A DNA stretch of 64,000 nucleotides from Octopus sinensis (taxonomy: Eukaryota), in assembly GCF_006345805.1 (NCBI RefSeq), contig NC_043004.1:29884001-29948000 (forward strand). The letters run 5' to 3'. The notes beneath the pieces were generated by a model. It saw nothing but the letters and a program-made list of their open reading frames with translations. It ran no database searches and was not told where the DNA came from. The translations under genes and the position numbers were made by a program. Numbering within the stretch: position 1 is the stretch's first letter; each line of letters starts with the position of its first letter. This document shows positions 26,083 through 39,420 of this stretch, one piece after another.

Positions 26083-26885
26083 CAAGATGGTATCAAAAAG
26101 TCCCTGGACTAGTTCTGTATTGTGCCCAGTGAGAGCTAGCAGTGACCTTCATAGGGCAGTGTGCTGAGTAACATCACTGTGTTTGCTTCACAAGTTGTGA
26201 GATTTGTGATTTTGTGATCACATGTATGCTGTAGTCGGCAATTTTTGTCATGGGTGGGAAGTTGGAACAGAGACATTAGCATGCTTTGGCAAGCTTACAG
26301 TGATGAGGCAATGGGTTGTACACAATGTTTTGAGTGGCCTGGGTGCTTCCAAAGCAGAAAAATGTCCATGGAAGACCTGCCATAAGTGTCAGTCCTGGAA
26401 ATATGGAGAAAATTCATCAGCTTGTGTATGAGGATCATCAGAAGACAATCAACGACATGGCTGATGTCGTATGGGTCCATGCAGGCAATTCTAATGTCCA
26501 CAAAGAAGTGGATTATTCATGACAACAATACACCCTCTCACTGAACTCTTCTCGCACGAGTTTCTTGCCCAAAATGTGATATTGCTTCCACATCCACCCT
26601 ATTCACCAGGTTTAGCACCTGCAGACTTTCATCTTTTCCCCAAGATAAAAACACCACTCAAAGATCACCTTTTTTATCACTGTTGTCAAGATCAAGAGCG
26701 AATTACAGAAGTTCCTCGACTCACTTATGGAAAACATCTTCCAAGCCAGATTCCAAAAGTGGCAGGAGCACTGCAACTTGTTCATTGTTGTGCAAAGTGA
26801 CTGTTTTGAAGGAGATGATATTAAAACTTAGGTAAACAAGTTATTTCTTATTAAACATAACTAACCCAGGAACATTACCACCTTG
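26083..26885 (+). mobile_element. Internally deleted mariner transposon
   Basis: GRP..S...KIHQLVYEDHQKTI HTH relic, IHDNNTPSH, HPPYSPGLAPADFHLFPKIK (YSPDLAPxD motif); imperfect TIRs CAAGATGGTA/TACCACCTTG with TA duplication. Confidence 0.9.
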
Positions 26886-27209
26886 TAACCTCAAAACTGC
26901 TGGGTTGATGGTGCTATGGTAGCTTTGACCATTGAACAATATCTCTGCAGCTGAACTGCAAATTGAGTGAAATAGGGTTTGACAGGCAGACATTAATACC
27001 TTCTACTACCCATAATGTTAGAATATGTATTATTGACCAACAGAGATAAAACATCAATATCTTGTGATATATCAATGGATTACTCAACCAGCTGATAGGA
27101 GACTATCAGTGCATTTCTTTGTATGAAGAAATTTAAGAATGCTTGCTTCTACAAGCAGAAGCTAATATTTTAGCTCTATTTTTCATGAGATTGTGTGTGT
27201 GTGTGTATG

Positions 27210-27241
<32 letters not shown>

Positions 27242-27242
<1 letters not shown>

Positions 27243-27382
27243 TAGGTTGTTCCAAAAGTTTGTAAACACTTGCGAAAATTGAATTTTTACTCGCCAAGTA
27301 CTAACAAAAACAACAAAAATTATTCCTCAAAATAAAGACCATTATTTTCCAAGACTTTCTACGAACTTTTGGGACAACCTTA
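27242..27382. mobile_element. Mariner-derived MITE
   Basis: TIRs TTAGGTTGTTCCAAAAGTTTGTA / TACGAACTTTTGGGACAACCTTA, TA flanks. Confidence 0.8.
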
Positions 27383-28949
27383 TATTATGCAACAAATATT
27401 GCTACTTTCATTGTTTAATTTTTCATTCATTTTGAGAAGAGGGTTAGTTGATTATATCAACCCCAGTATATGACTGAATGCTTATTTTGTCAGTATTTAA
27501 ACTCAGAGTGTAAAGAGCTAGAAGAAATGCTGCTAAGCATTTTTGTCTGATGCGCTTACAATTCTGCCAAGCTCACCACCTTAATGAGAAATCTTTGTTA
27601 TAATTTGATGCTTAATCTATTATAATACTCAACTTCAGTGGAATATCTGAAGGGTTTATAGATTAGGTGAGTAAGTTTTGTTGATGTAATGAAAAAAACA
27701 GAGTTGGTCAAAAACTTGGTATATTTTAATCTGAGAACAGTCAGGAGAAGCTAAAGTGTTGCCTAATCTATGATTGTATGCAGTTAGTTAAAGCGAACGA
27801 ATGAGTTATTCACATTTAACGTACCAGGACTTGAGTTTTCATCCAAAAACTGATACCATATCAACTTGTCTATAATTTATTTAAATAAGGATAGAGATTA
27901 TAAAATAAATTGATAACCTTATTGAAATCTGGTCTATATAAATTATTTTAATTGATTCATCAAAAATATATGTAATTATGATCATATGAAGTTCAAAACA
28001 TCTGTTTTTATCTGGTAACTTTGTGTTAAGCAACATTGGCTATAATCAGTCTTTAGATGCATGACCACTTACAAATCCTAAACTATGTAAGCATTTTTCA
28101 CTGATCCAGCTCATTCCAGTGTAAAAAATGAGCTGAGATAATATGTAGTTTATCAAAGTGTAATATTATCTGAATGTTTCTTAATTAACTAAAATGATTA
28201 AGAAACTTAACTTTCTCCCTCCGTCCTCAACATACTTACCTGAGATCACATACGTTTGAGAATATCACAAGATTTATTTTCTCTAAAACTTTGTTCTGTA
28301 ACTTAATATTCTGTTTAATTGTTAAAATTTATTATTGTTTTCTGAGTTTATATTTAAATTCTATTATGTAGTAAACAAGGACATAAGGATAAAGATATCC
28401 TTATTTCCTTGTTATTACCAAATAACAATGAATAGCGTGCAAAAGTGAATATATGATGGTTATAATGTTTGCTTATAGTTTTGTAAAACTTTTTATTTCG
28501 AATATACCTTTGTAGTTGCAAAACTTAGAGGAGATATCTTTTGTTTAATTGACTATTTTTAATTGTTTTGGTTTCTTTCATTCTTCACTTACAAAGATTG
28601 TTTTCTTTCTATGAAACTCTGCATATGTAAAAAATAATCATTCCTTTCATATTAGCTCTTATAAATGTCTTAAAATATTCATGTTTGTCTCACTTGGTAG
28701 AAAATGAGAGCATCTCCTTCTAATCAAAATATTTCTGTCCCATGTCTGAGAAATTGAAGACAAATTCTCTATTCTTGATTTTTAATGAGAATTCATTTTT
28801 TTCTTTCTCAAATGTACCTGTTCAGTTCTGTATTTATTACAAAATATTTCCTTTTCTTTCTGTTCAGCTTATTTTACATTTTTATCAATATTATTGCCTT
28901 GATTCATATTTTCTACAGTTCGGATTTATTTTGGAATTATCAGTTCTAT

Positions 28950-29072
28950 TTTAGGAATACGTATGATAAATTTTATTGTAGGAATTTATATCATAAATTT
29001 CATTGTAGGAATTCATATGACTTTATTGTAGGAATTTATATGACAAATTTTATTATAGGAAATTGTATGACC
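28950..29072. repeat. Minisatellite, ~22-28-bp unit, ~5 copies
   Basis: Repeated TTTTATTGTAGGAATTTATATGACAAA. Confidence 0.85.
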
Positions 29073-29589
29073 ACTTAAAAGTTTAAGATGTCACCATTGT
29101 TCATTAATACAGCCTGAAAAGTATATGCATATCGCCTGCTTCCATGATTTAATTAGTAAACAGTTCTGTATTCTCTCCAACTTTGTTATGCAAATATTTG
29201 AAGGCTGCTACTTGATTTTAAGTTTAGGGACTGTGACAGCCTACTTTTAAAAAGGTGAGTTAAAGTGAAGTATTTTGAAATTTGTCAATTTTCAAATTTG
29301 ATTGCTTTTTATCTGTATATTAGGAAAAAATAAAGCATATTTTTTTAAATGTTGTTTTGTTTTCAAGTTAATTTGAAAAGATTAGACAAGGTTTTCATAC
29401 TATAGTGAAAGGATTAGATACATTGACATTGTACCGGGGACAGTTCACAGTAAATATGTATAAGCAAATGGTTATATTTATATATATGTAACCATTTGGT
29501 TAAAGTAAGAACTCTTGTTCTGATAAATTAAAACATTCACTGTTTTGGCAGTTTCAGAATTAGGGTATAACAATTATTCATACAAAGAA

Positions 29590-29985
29590 GACCATCTAGA
29601 CCTTGCATAGTGGCTCCAAATGTTAGGTCTCACTGTCACCAAAGATATTTCCCAATGATCAAATCCCAAAGCAGATTTGTACAAAGCTAGGGTTGTATTC
29701 AAACAACTGGCCCTATTCTTCAACCCCAGAAGTTATGTCAGCCCCTAACAGTTACTGATAATCTACAAAGTTCAAGTGAGGGTCACAATGGAGTATTGCT
29801 CCCACATTTGAATTAGTGCTGCTACCACTGCACATACAGATTTTATGACTGACACATTCCAGTCTCTAGCCCTCAGCTCTGCTCTCTTCTTTCTCTGCTT
29901 TTTCTACTATTGCTATAATGGCCTCTACACCTTGGAACTTGCAAAGTTCATGCCACTTCACTAAATTATTCCTTACTACTTATAA
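29590..29985 (+). mobile_element. Jockey/CR1-type LINE C-terminal relic
   Basis: LLIIYKVQVRVTMEYCSHI* resembles the post-RT motif LYKAQVRPxMEYCSHLW. Confidence 0.6.
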
Positions 29986-30310
29986 GCTTCATTAGTTTTG
30001 GAGGACTTTCAAAGGCCATTGGTACTGCCACTTCCTTCTAGTCCAGCAAGTAAAAATAAACAATAAAATAGATCAAATTGATAAAACAGAACAACAAGAC
30101 CTTCCCTATTCTAATAGAGGCTTAGCAGAATTGAGTAGTTAATAAGAGATGTTAAGGGTGTAAAGAGACCAAATAAAGAATATTTTGCAATAGTAACATG
30201 AACTGTAAAAATGTTGGATGTTTGTATATAGTTGGAATAAGTCATATCTTTTATCTGGATGTTTTTCCTTACAGTCATTATCCTCGAAACCTACTGGTTA
30301 ATGAATTTAA

Positions 30311-30530
30311 CCCTTTAATGTTCACATTATTCTGCCAAAATTAATCCTTTTTATCCACATCGTTTTGAACTAATCATGCATTATCTTGTAGCTATGAGAT
30401 TTTGATGAGGTAGCTGTTAAATTTTAAAATGATATTGTAGGGTTGGTGTGAGAGACCAGATCTGGCCAGTTTGAACATAAATCAGGCAGAATACTTTTGG
30501 CCAGATATGGCTGGTTTAAATGCTAAAGGG
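30311..30530. mobile_element. piggyBac-type MITE
   Basis: TTAA-CCCTTTA...TAAAGGG-TTAA. Confidence 0.85.
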
Positions 30531-32850
30531 TTAAAGTATGTTTATCGCTGTCTCAGCTTTGTTTCAGTTGAACATGCTGATGTACCAGTCAATTGGTTTG
30601 GAAGTTGGTGACACAGGCACCATCTGTTGATGGTAGAGAATCTGGGTCAATAAATAGGCTGTTGTACCAGTTGTCTTATAAACTACAGATAGACAGGTAC
30701 AAGTTTTTTTAAAAAGTGTCTGTAACAAACAAGACTAAAATTGATTTCATACCTTGTTACAAGGCATTGAATCAATATAAAGGTGTATCTAGGCTAGTTA
30801 TGTAACCTGTATTATGGGAAAAGATTGAAATAAAATATCCCAATACAATGTAGTTTATTTGTTTACTTGATCTTTAATTGTTGTTGTTTAGCTTCAGATC
30901 AGGGTTGATCTGAAACTAAGCATTCTATAACTAATGGTCATGGCTGGAATGTCTTATCAGATGTTCTATTATATTTTGTAAAGATGTAGGGTTAGGTATA
31001 AGGTAGATTTAGCTACTGTCTTCAGCAGGTTGGGTTGCCACATTACCTTGAGGTCTATGTGTGTGTTACAGTGGTATTGAATTATAGATAAATTGTTAAA
31101 TTCTTAATTTGGTGTCCTACCATCATTAAAATATTCTGTCTGTTGTTTGTTACTCTACTATAAAAATAAACTAGAGGTGATACAAGGATTTGTTAAAGAT
31201 TTAGTATAGTGCTGGATTATAAATCCATACCAATGTATCCTTTTTGAAGTTGGCAGTTGTTTTACCCCAAGTCATCTCTGATTGAGCAGAATTTTAATCA
31301 AAGGCATGCCAACCATGACCATCTCATCTATTATCCAGACACGGTATATTGAGGACTATGTAGCCCAATAAATTCTTTACTTTCTTAAGATGTAGGGGTT
31401 TGATATAAGAGAGTTAGCTGCTATCTCTAGCAGGTCAAGTAAACTCATAGCAGCTTCTTCATTGACCATGTGGCTAATAACAAAGTGAAGGTAGATGTGG
31501 ATTGTGTATAAACCTAATTTAGAAATAGATGTTGTTAATTAGACAATGTTAATGAGAAACAGTCCTGCAATAAATATAGAATACATTAATCAGTTGGCTA
31601 CTACACAGATGATATGCTAATTAAAGGTTTTCTTATTGCTGCAACCTGTATAAGATTCATCATTTGTTTCAACAGTAAATATATGGTGTGCATCATTTCA
31701 AACCATGATGGGAACTAAAAATAAAGAATGGTAAAGCATTTGCTACATGGAAACACCATTACCATCTTTCTAACTTCACCAGCACCAAATTAATGGCTTC
31801 ATAAAATATGAAAGATTTTTCTACCACTGTATTTGTTTATAAAGTTACATATTTTTGTGATGGTCATTTATTGTTTGTCACAATCAGTATTTTAACTTCA
31901 ATATATAATCAAGGTGAAGAATTGGTAGAGTCATTAGAACATCAGATAGAATTCCTCATGGTATTTGTTCTGATACTTAGCACCCTGAGTTCAAATCCTG
32001 CTGAGGTCAACTTTTCATTTCATCATTTCTGTGTTGATGATTAAAGTACTAATCCTGGGTGGAGGATTGGCAGAACCAGAAGAATATTAGATCAGATGCC
32101 TTATTTAACACCTCTACCTGGCACTTTGAGTGTCTTTAATGAAGCCAACTCTGTTGCGAGCATTCTGGCCAGGTTTTCAGTTTCAGTATTTATTCTTTCT
32201 ACTGGTCTTGGAGACTTTGTAACAGGTCATGAGCAATGCTTTTCCTCCTGATTAACAGAATAAAAAAATCATCTAAATGAATTAGCAACAACCAAAAATC
32301 AGCTTTGCCTCATAAACTTTGAAATGTAGTTCTTATTCTAAAATTTCTGCTATCCATGAATAGTCTTGTGAAATAAGTATCAAAAATACCATTTTGTTTA
32401 TAAATCTATAGTGTCATTATATTTAATGATATCTCTAATTCAGTGCTAAAACCCAAAATTCTAAGCTTTTTTTATGTGGTGAGTTATGTTAGAGTAAGTG
32501 CTAGAAATTGGTAACTTGAAGCTGTTTACGTTGGTCCTTCATTCTGAGAGAAGAGAGAATAATTCTTGTAAATCCAAAACCTCAAAAAGCTAGCTTTTTC
32601 TGAAGTTGAAATAAAAACAACTACTGTTGCAGGTAATGACTAATAATAGAATGTTTTGCTTAATGAAGCCATGAAAAAAGAATGTTGAGTTCCAGACATA
32701 ACTTCTTTACATTCGAATTAAGAAAAGTTTGTTGAGGTTAATAAACTCCAAGAAAAAGTTGCCTGGTAGCAAAAGAATCTAAACTGTGAGACTTGATGAA
32801 AAAAAATATCTGCAATAAAGTGATTGCTAATTAGATATGAAATAGTTTTA

Positions 32851-33245
32851 GGAGTGGCTGTGTGGTAAGTAGCTTGCTTACCAACCACATGGTTCCGGGT
32901 TCAGTCCCACTGTGTGGCACCTTGGGCAAGTGTCTTCTACTAAAACCTCTGGCCAACCAAAGCCTTGTGAGTGGATTTGGTTGATGGAAACTGAAAGAAG
33001 CCCGTCGTATATATGTGTATATATATGTATATATATATATGTGTATATGTGTGTGTGTGTGTGTATATGTTTATGTGTCTGTGTTGTCCCCTCCACTATC
33101 CTCGTAACTTAGCAGTTCGGCAAAAGAGACTGATAGGATAAGTACTAGGCTTACAGAGAATAAGTCCTGGGGTCAGTTTGTTGGACTAAAGGTAGTGCTC
33201 CAGCATGACTGCAGTCAAATGACTGATACAAGTGAAAGAGTAAAT
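32851..33245 (+). mobile_element. tRNA-derived CORE-like SINE, well preserved
   Basis: GGAGTGGCTGTGTGGTAAG...GGGTTCAGTCCCACTGTGTGGCACCTTGGGCAAGTGTCTTCTAC, internal microsatellite, 3' module. Confidence 0.9.
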
Positions 33246-33698
33246 AATTTAAGTAAGTTTTTATTGCTAATGAGTTTTGACAATGGCTGTCTACTTGTCT
33301 CTACATTGATTGACAGCTCGTCAAACTATTATGAAAATAATAATTGTCGGTTTAATCTGTAGAGCTCTTTATACAAATCAGGAGGAGGCACATTTCACCC
33401 TTGAATGAAGATGAGTAGGAGATGGTACAGATTAACATTTTAATTAGCATTTTATGAGTTTAGATTATTCCATTTGTCATCAGAGAATGTGTTATGCTAG
33501 GCAATAGCTTATTCTCCAAATCTGTGGTCTTATGCTATGGTTAGACTTCAAAACAACCAGCTCTATCTCCACATAGTACTTCAGTACATAGCTTGACAGA
33601 TTGTATAGGATTTTTTGTAGAACATTATGCAGTATAAATGACTCATAAGACCGAATTCTAACAACCTGTAGACAGATGCCATTCTTTCATTTATATAC

Positions 33699-33736
<38 letters not shown>

Positions 33737-34115
33737 CATCATCATCCATTGTTTAATGTCCGGGTTGGACGTTTCGACCAGGGTCTGGGAAGCCAGGAGG
33801 CTGCACCAGGCTCCGGTCTTATCTGGCAATGTTTCTACAGCTGGATGCCCTTCCTAACGCCAATCACTCTGTGAGTGTAGTGGGTGCTATTTATGTGCCA
33901 CCGGCACAGGTGCCAGGGGAGGCTGATAGTGACCACGATCAGTTGGTGCTTTTTATGTGTCACCGGCACAGAAGCCAGTCAAGGCGGCACTGGCATCGGC
34001 CACATTCAGTTGGTGCTTTTTACGTGCTGCCGGCACAGGTATCATAACTACAATTTCCATTTGATATTTATTTTGATGATGTACTTGACTCAATAGGTCT
34101 CCTCAAGCACAGCAG
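33737..34115 (-). mobile_element. RTE-tail-like retroposon with diverged internal repeats
   Basis: Same family as 61888-62480; 3 diverged TTTATGTGCCACCGGCACAG units. Confidence 0.85.
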
Positions 34116-34118
34116 GTC

Positions 34119-34518
34119 GGGTGGCTTATTAGCAATTTAACAACCTAAAGACAAATTTATTGACATCACTAAAGTGACAGAGGGTACTAATTGATACTGG
34201 CATTGCTAGAAATAAGAGTCAAACTGACTCACTAGCCACAAGAGCACTTATCTTAATGACTGACAAAGGAGACAAGCTCCCCTTGTGGACATAGCCATAT
34301 CACCCGTGATTTTAAATTTTGATGCAGAGCATCTTAATTCACATCAGTGGCTCTTACTGTGCCTAGGGTTAAACTCAACTCAACTTGTCAGCTTGAACTC
34401 GTGTGCTAATTTCAAAAACAGTTAAAGTGAAAACTATAATTAATATGGGTGGCTTATTAGCAATTTAACAACCTAAAGGCAAATTTATAGACATCACTAA
34501 AATGACAGAGGGTACTAA
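34119..34518. repeat. 400-bp segment bounded by 72-bp direct repeats
   Basis: GGGTGGCTTATTAGCAATTTAACAACCTAAAG...GACAGAGGGTACTAA at 34119-34190 and 34447-34518 (3 differences). Confidence 0.9.
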
Positions 34519-34530
34519 GCAGTATATTTG

Positions 34531-34835
34531 TGAAGGCGCATGGCTCAGTGGTTAGAACATCAAGCTTACAATCATGAGGTTGTGAGTTCGATTCCCGGAC
34601 AGGGCTGTGTGTTGTGTCCTTGAGCAAAACACTTTATTTCACATTGCTCCAGTTCAGTCAGCTGTGGAAATGAGTTGTGATGCCACTGGTGCCAAGCTGT
34701 ATTAAGGCCTTTGCCTTTCCTTTGGATAACATCGGTGGCATGGAAAGGGGAGGCTGGTATGCATAGGTGACTTCTGTTCTTCCATAAACAACCTTGACTG
34801 GACTTGTGCCTTGGAGAATAACTTTCTTGGTACAA
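34531..34835 (+). mobile_element. tRNA-derived SINE (second family)
   Basis: A box TGGCTCAGTGG, B box GAGTTCGATTCC, TGTTGTGTCCTTGAGCAAAACACTT; inverse copy at 51275-51608. Confidence 0.9.
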
Positions 34836-34858
34836 TCCCTCCTTCCTATATATAGGAA

Positions 34859-35047
34859 GTTAAATATATACCTGGTCATAGAATGAGCAATGGTTTGCAT
34901 CCATAAAGCACTTGACTCTATGGACAAGTTATCATACTCTAATTGTGGACTCTTCCACCATCAGAGACTGACAAATCATCCATAAAGTTAAGTGCTTTAT
35001 GGATGCGAGACTATTGGTCACTCTATGACCAAGGCATACATTTAACT
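34859..35047. mobile_element. Hairpin/MITE-like element with long imperfect inverted arms
   Basis: TGGTCATAGA..GCATCCATAAAGCACTT / AAGTGCTTTATGGATGC..TCTATGACCA. Confidence 0.75.
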
Positions 35048-36047
35048 GCATGTGAATACATTACTGCTTTATACTTTGGAGTGTGCTTCTTTTTCAGATA
35101 TATGATCCACTGGCTCACCAGTCCTCAGTCAAACCGTCCAACCCATGTCAGCATGGAAAGCAGATGTTAAATGATGATATACAATAATCTGTGTCAATGT
35201 ACTGATTAAATTTAGTATTTGGGTGATAGGATTATTTAATCAGTTGTGGCTGGATGAAGAAGCAACTTAATTCAAACAAATACTAAATACAAAACTCCAA
35301 TTTGCAGAAAAATGCTTTAATTTAAACGATTTGTTACAATAATTCTAGATTTGAAGGAAAACAAATTCTGTTCATAAACAAAGAGAAGGATGACATTTAA
35401 CAATAGCTACACTGGGTTTATTAAATGGAACATTGATATGAGGCTTCAATTTAAACAAGAAACACAGAGAATGTGTTATTTCTGTATATTCTGTGAAAGA
35501 AGTGTTACTGAGATAAACCATGTTCTACAAGTTTAAAGATGATTTTGTTTGTGCTCGACACACACAAACACACACGATCCGAATGTATATTTGTACATAC
35601 TTATAGAAAAGTTCAGTGCCATTGGTAAAACCTAGTGGTTTAAAATGGCTGGGTATCTGAATTGTTCGTACAAAGTGGTCTGGCAAGATTCCAGTAGTTT
35701 TGCATAAGTTTGGTCTGTTTTATTTACATAGAAGTATGATTATTAAACTGATTACTGTCTAGTTTGGTGGTTTCTGGGTACATAGATGGTTCACTGTTAT
35801 GTCTCTTGTGACTACAACTATATTGGAAATACTGTGACTGCTGATACCATTGTTTTGCTTTATAAAGTGGTACACATTGGTACTGTGTCTCTGGGTGGTA
35901 TTCACTGGCTTTATCACTTTGGGCTTGGCTTGTTAATATAGCATCAGTCTGAGTAAGTTCATTGATTGGAAATGTGATGACATAAGTATATCTTTTGATG
36001 AAGTAAGCACACTAACTTAATAAGTCTTGACAGGGATCACATAGGCT

Positions 36048-36220
36048 CATCTGTTGATGTCAATGTACCATGGGTAGATGAACAGGTTTGTTGTACCAGT
36101 TGATTGGTCTAAAAGGGGATGACAGTACATCTGTTGATGTCAGTGTATTTAGGTTGATAAACAAACTGCTGTAAAAGTCAGTTAGTGCAGGAAATGATGA
36201 CATAAGCACATCTGTTGAAT
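36048..36220 (-). repeat. Diverged ~81-bp tandem repeat
   Basis: CATCTGTTGA at 36048, 36128 and 36209; related unit at ~30575-30675. Confidence 0.65.
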
Positions 36221-36853
36221 ATTTGTTTACAGACAGCTTGCATGAAAGTTTAAGGTTATTGTTATCGAGGTGCCATGAATGCAACATGAGGTATTTGCTA
36301 CAGATTTCTTACATTGGTACAAAACCAAAGATATTAGGCGAGAAATATTATCATCCCAAGCACATATATGGCATTGATTTAAATGGTCCTAGAATTGGCT
36401 GAAAAATAAAATTGCTGCTGGTGACATTTTAATTCAGAAGAGATAGAGATATAATTCAATATTTCAAGACACTGATGGTACCTTTTCTTTTACGCTATCA
36501 CTTTGTTGTGAATACAATTATCAACCTTCAAGATGTGGTAGTATACTGTAGGACAGGTGATTTGGATCACCAAAACAGTTTTATTTTAAAAGCCACTGTG
36601 TTTTATAGAGAGCAGAAATGAAATATAGATAAAAATGTTTTCAGATAGTATTATAGAAAACCATCCAGATGAACAAAGATCAATAGTTTTTTGTCCACAT
36701 CATTAATAATTTTCAGTTATTTTCAGATCATTTCCAACTTTGCTGCTATTTCTCAGCATGCTTTTTTTTGTGTCTAATTTTGACAGAAAAGCAAAAAGAT
36801 TAACTTTCAACAAATTTATTTCACAACTATTTATATATATTTGAATTCTTGCA

Positions 36854-38080
36854 CAGGGTGCTGAAGGTATTCGTTTGCATGATGACTGTATCAGGAAAAA
36901 ATTATATAGTACTTTTATTTTTTGAGATATATTCATCAAATTTGGGTCACTTTGTCTTCATGACATGTTCTATCAATCTCACTCAATGAACCTGCCTTTG
37001 GCCCCAATGACAGCCTCCAGGCCATCCCAGAGCTGGTCACAGATCTTCATTACCATCTCCTGAATGCCCTGGTAATCCTGGCCCTCAGCTTATCCTTCAT
37101 GTTGCAGCTGGATTTGTTGGTCTCTTGTTCCAACACACGCCACACAAAGAAGTCGAAGGGGCTGCAGTCAGATGAGTTGAGAGGCTAAATGTCAGGTGCT
37201 GTGTGAGTGAAAAACTTCTTCAACAGGGAGGCCTGGGTCTTCTGGCTAGTGTGTCAGGGTGAAGATTCTTGCTGCCACATGTACACTCTCCCTGCAGCTA
37301 TTGAGTTGATCCAAGGCTTCACCACCCATTCAGAACACAGATGTAGCTGTCAGTGTTCCACCTAAGGTTCTCAAGGAAGAAGTGATATGGCATGATGTCA
37401 CCTTCACTGCTGACATCAATGAAGATTGTAACAGGAAATTTCGTCTTTGAGTGAGACAGAGAGCCACTGTTTTTCTCAAAGTTGATCTTCTGCTCTTGGC
37501 AGAAATTCTTCTTGTTGGAGAAGAACCACATGTCTAGCTCCAACAGGTGTTGGTCAGCTTCTTGGTGTGCTTGAGTTACTTTTCCTGCATTACCATGGAC
37601 AGAAATTGGTCCCACCCTCATCTTGTAGGAAAAGTAACGAATGTCTTCATACACCACTAACTTAATGAGCCTTTCCATCCACACCTTTTTCATATGCATT
37701 GGCATTCTGGGATCATTGTTGATGATCTCTTGAATTTCAGTGTTCTGATGGTGTCAGATCATCAATCAGGGTTTTCAACTCTGTTGTTGCCTCATAGTTG
37801 AATCTTCCAGCTCCTTTACAACCTTTTCTACCATTCTGCAGCTGATGTTGAAGAAATCTGATATCTCCTTGTTTATCCTTCTGGCATGGATTCCAAGGTG
37901 GACTCTCTTCCTCTTCCATGAACTGAGGTGGGGTTCAAAATTTTCCATAGTCAATTATTCTGTGAAAAAAATAAAGTAAAAATGGTTATTGTTTTTAAGA
38001 AGAAAAAGACTAACAATGAAAGTAAAAACATGCATAAAATTAGCAGATGAAAACTGCAAACAACCACCATCCGCACCCTA
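36854..38080 (-). mobile_element. Tc1/mariner superfamily (DD37D/maT-like) transposon, decayed, about full length
   Basis: TIRs CAGGGTGCTGAAGGTA..GTTTGCA / TGCAAAC..CCATCCGCACCCTA; motifs WFFSNKKNF, TKFPVTI..VSSEGDIMPYHFF, PLNSSDCSPFDFFVW. Confidence 0.85.
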
Positions 38081-39420
38081 TAGTTTGTTCAGTTAATCTA
38101 CTTTGTATGAGACCTATAATCCAGTACTGCCCCCAGTAGTCATGGTATTTCTGTAAGTTGGAGTACCAGTGGATTAGCTGGGCACTACTTGAAGACTTTG
38201 TCAAGTGTATCTAGTACAATAGAGTTCACACATTTTAAAGCTATATTTTTGGGAAACCTAGAAACCAGCAGTATAAGATTATGAAGTCAGCAAATAAATT
38301 GATATTTGCCATGTTAAGTTGAATGAGTTGCTATCTAATTACTGCTGGGGGAAGCTTGGGTCATAGACACTGTGCACATAATTCGTCAGTCTTTTCAGTT
38401 GAGAAACAAAATATCTACATGGCAACATGTCATTCTGACCTCACACCCACGTGCAAGCACACACACATGTACTCAAAACACAAAAATATTTATATAATTA
38501 TTCAGCTTGAAAATTTCAGAAACACAAATACTCACGTTATAGTTTACACTAACAAAAGAATAACATTGTATTGTGTATAATAAACTCAGCTTGTTATATG
38601 TTGTTGAAAGTTTCATTTCAAAGATTTGAATACAGAACTGGTTTGTAGAATACTGAGAAATAAATTCCGTAGGTATGGGGAGAGGGAGGGGAAGAAAGAG
38701 AGATGGGAGAGAGAGGGAGGAGAGGAAAGAGAAAGGGATGGGAGAGAAAGAGAGAGAAAGGGAGGGAGACTACTTGAGTATTTGTAAACATAAATTAAAT
38801 TTTCACAAATATAAACTAATAAAAAATTTTGTTGCATACATTTTGAAATCTGAGATGTTTATGCAAGACAGAAAGCGGCATTATGATGCTGTGATATTCA
38901 TGACTCTTACGAGAACATTAGAAATAAGAGTGAAGTAGTTTTAACACAGAATTGAAAGGAGTTTCTGGATTCTCTTTACTATAGATTTAATAACACATTG
39001 TATTTGCCGCAAACAAAACAAAACATTATGGCTAGTTAAACAATGTTAACTTGGTACATGGCTAATTAAATCTTCTTGACTTGGTGCATGGTCAAAATAT
39101 TTGCAAATCTACAGCATCTCTGGTCCCAAGTACTTCAGATTAAGAATTATCAGCTGTGTGTGAATTTACATATCAATCAATCAATCAAACAATCAATCTG
39201 AGAGAGTGCATTGTGTGACAAACAGAAGAGAGATTCACTGCGAACTTTAGTCACATCAATAGCATAGTACAATGAGACTGAGAAGAAGAGGGGATGACCG
39301 AAAGGTAAACAGTTGTTGTATGGGTGTGGAAGCAAGAGAGATAAAGACATAAGTGAAACAGACCGGTGACAGGTGTGGGCTAACAGGTGAGTGATAAGGG
39401 TGTGAAATGGAGAGGTGAAT

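Noticed and set aside
32560-32815. Purine-rich coding-like stretch on the + strand
   Set aside because: Multiple stops, no motif or splice support
34531-34605. tRNA gene
   Set aside because: A and B boxes are present but continue into a multicopy SINE body; no complete cloverleaf
36703-36939. 78-aa ORF as a host exon
   Set aside because: Spans the TIR of the DD37D-like transposon at 36854
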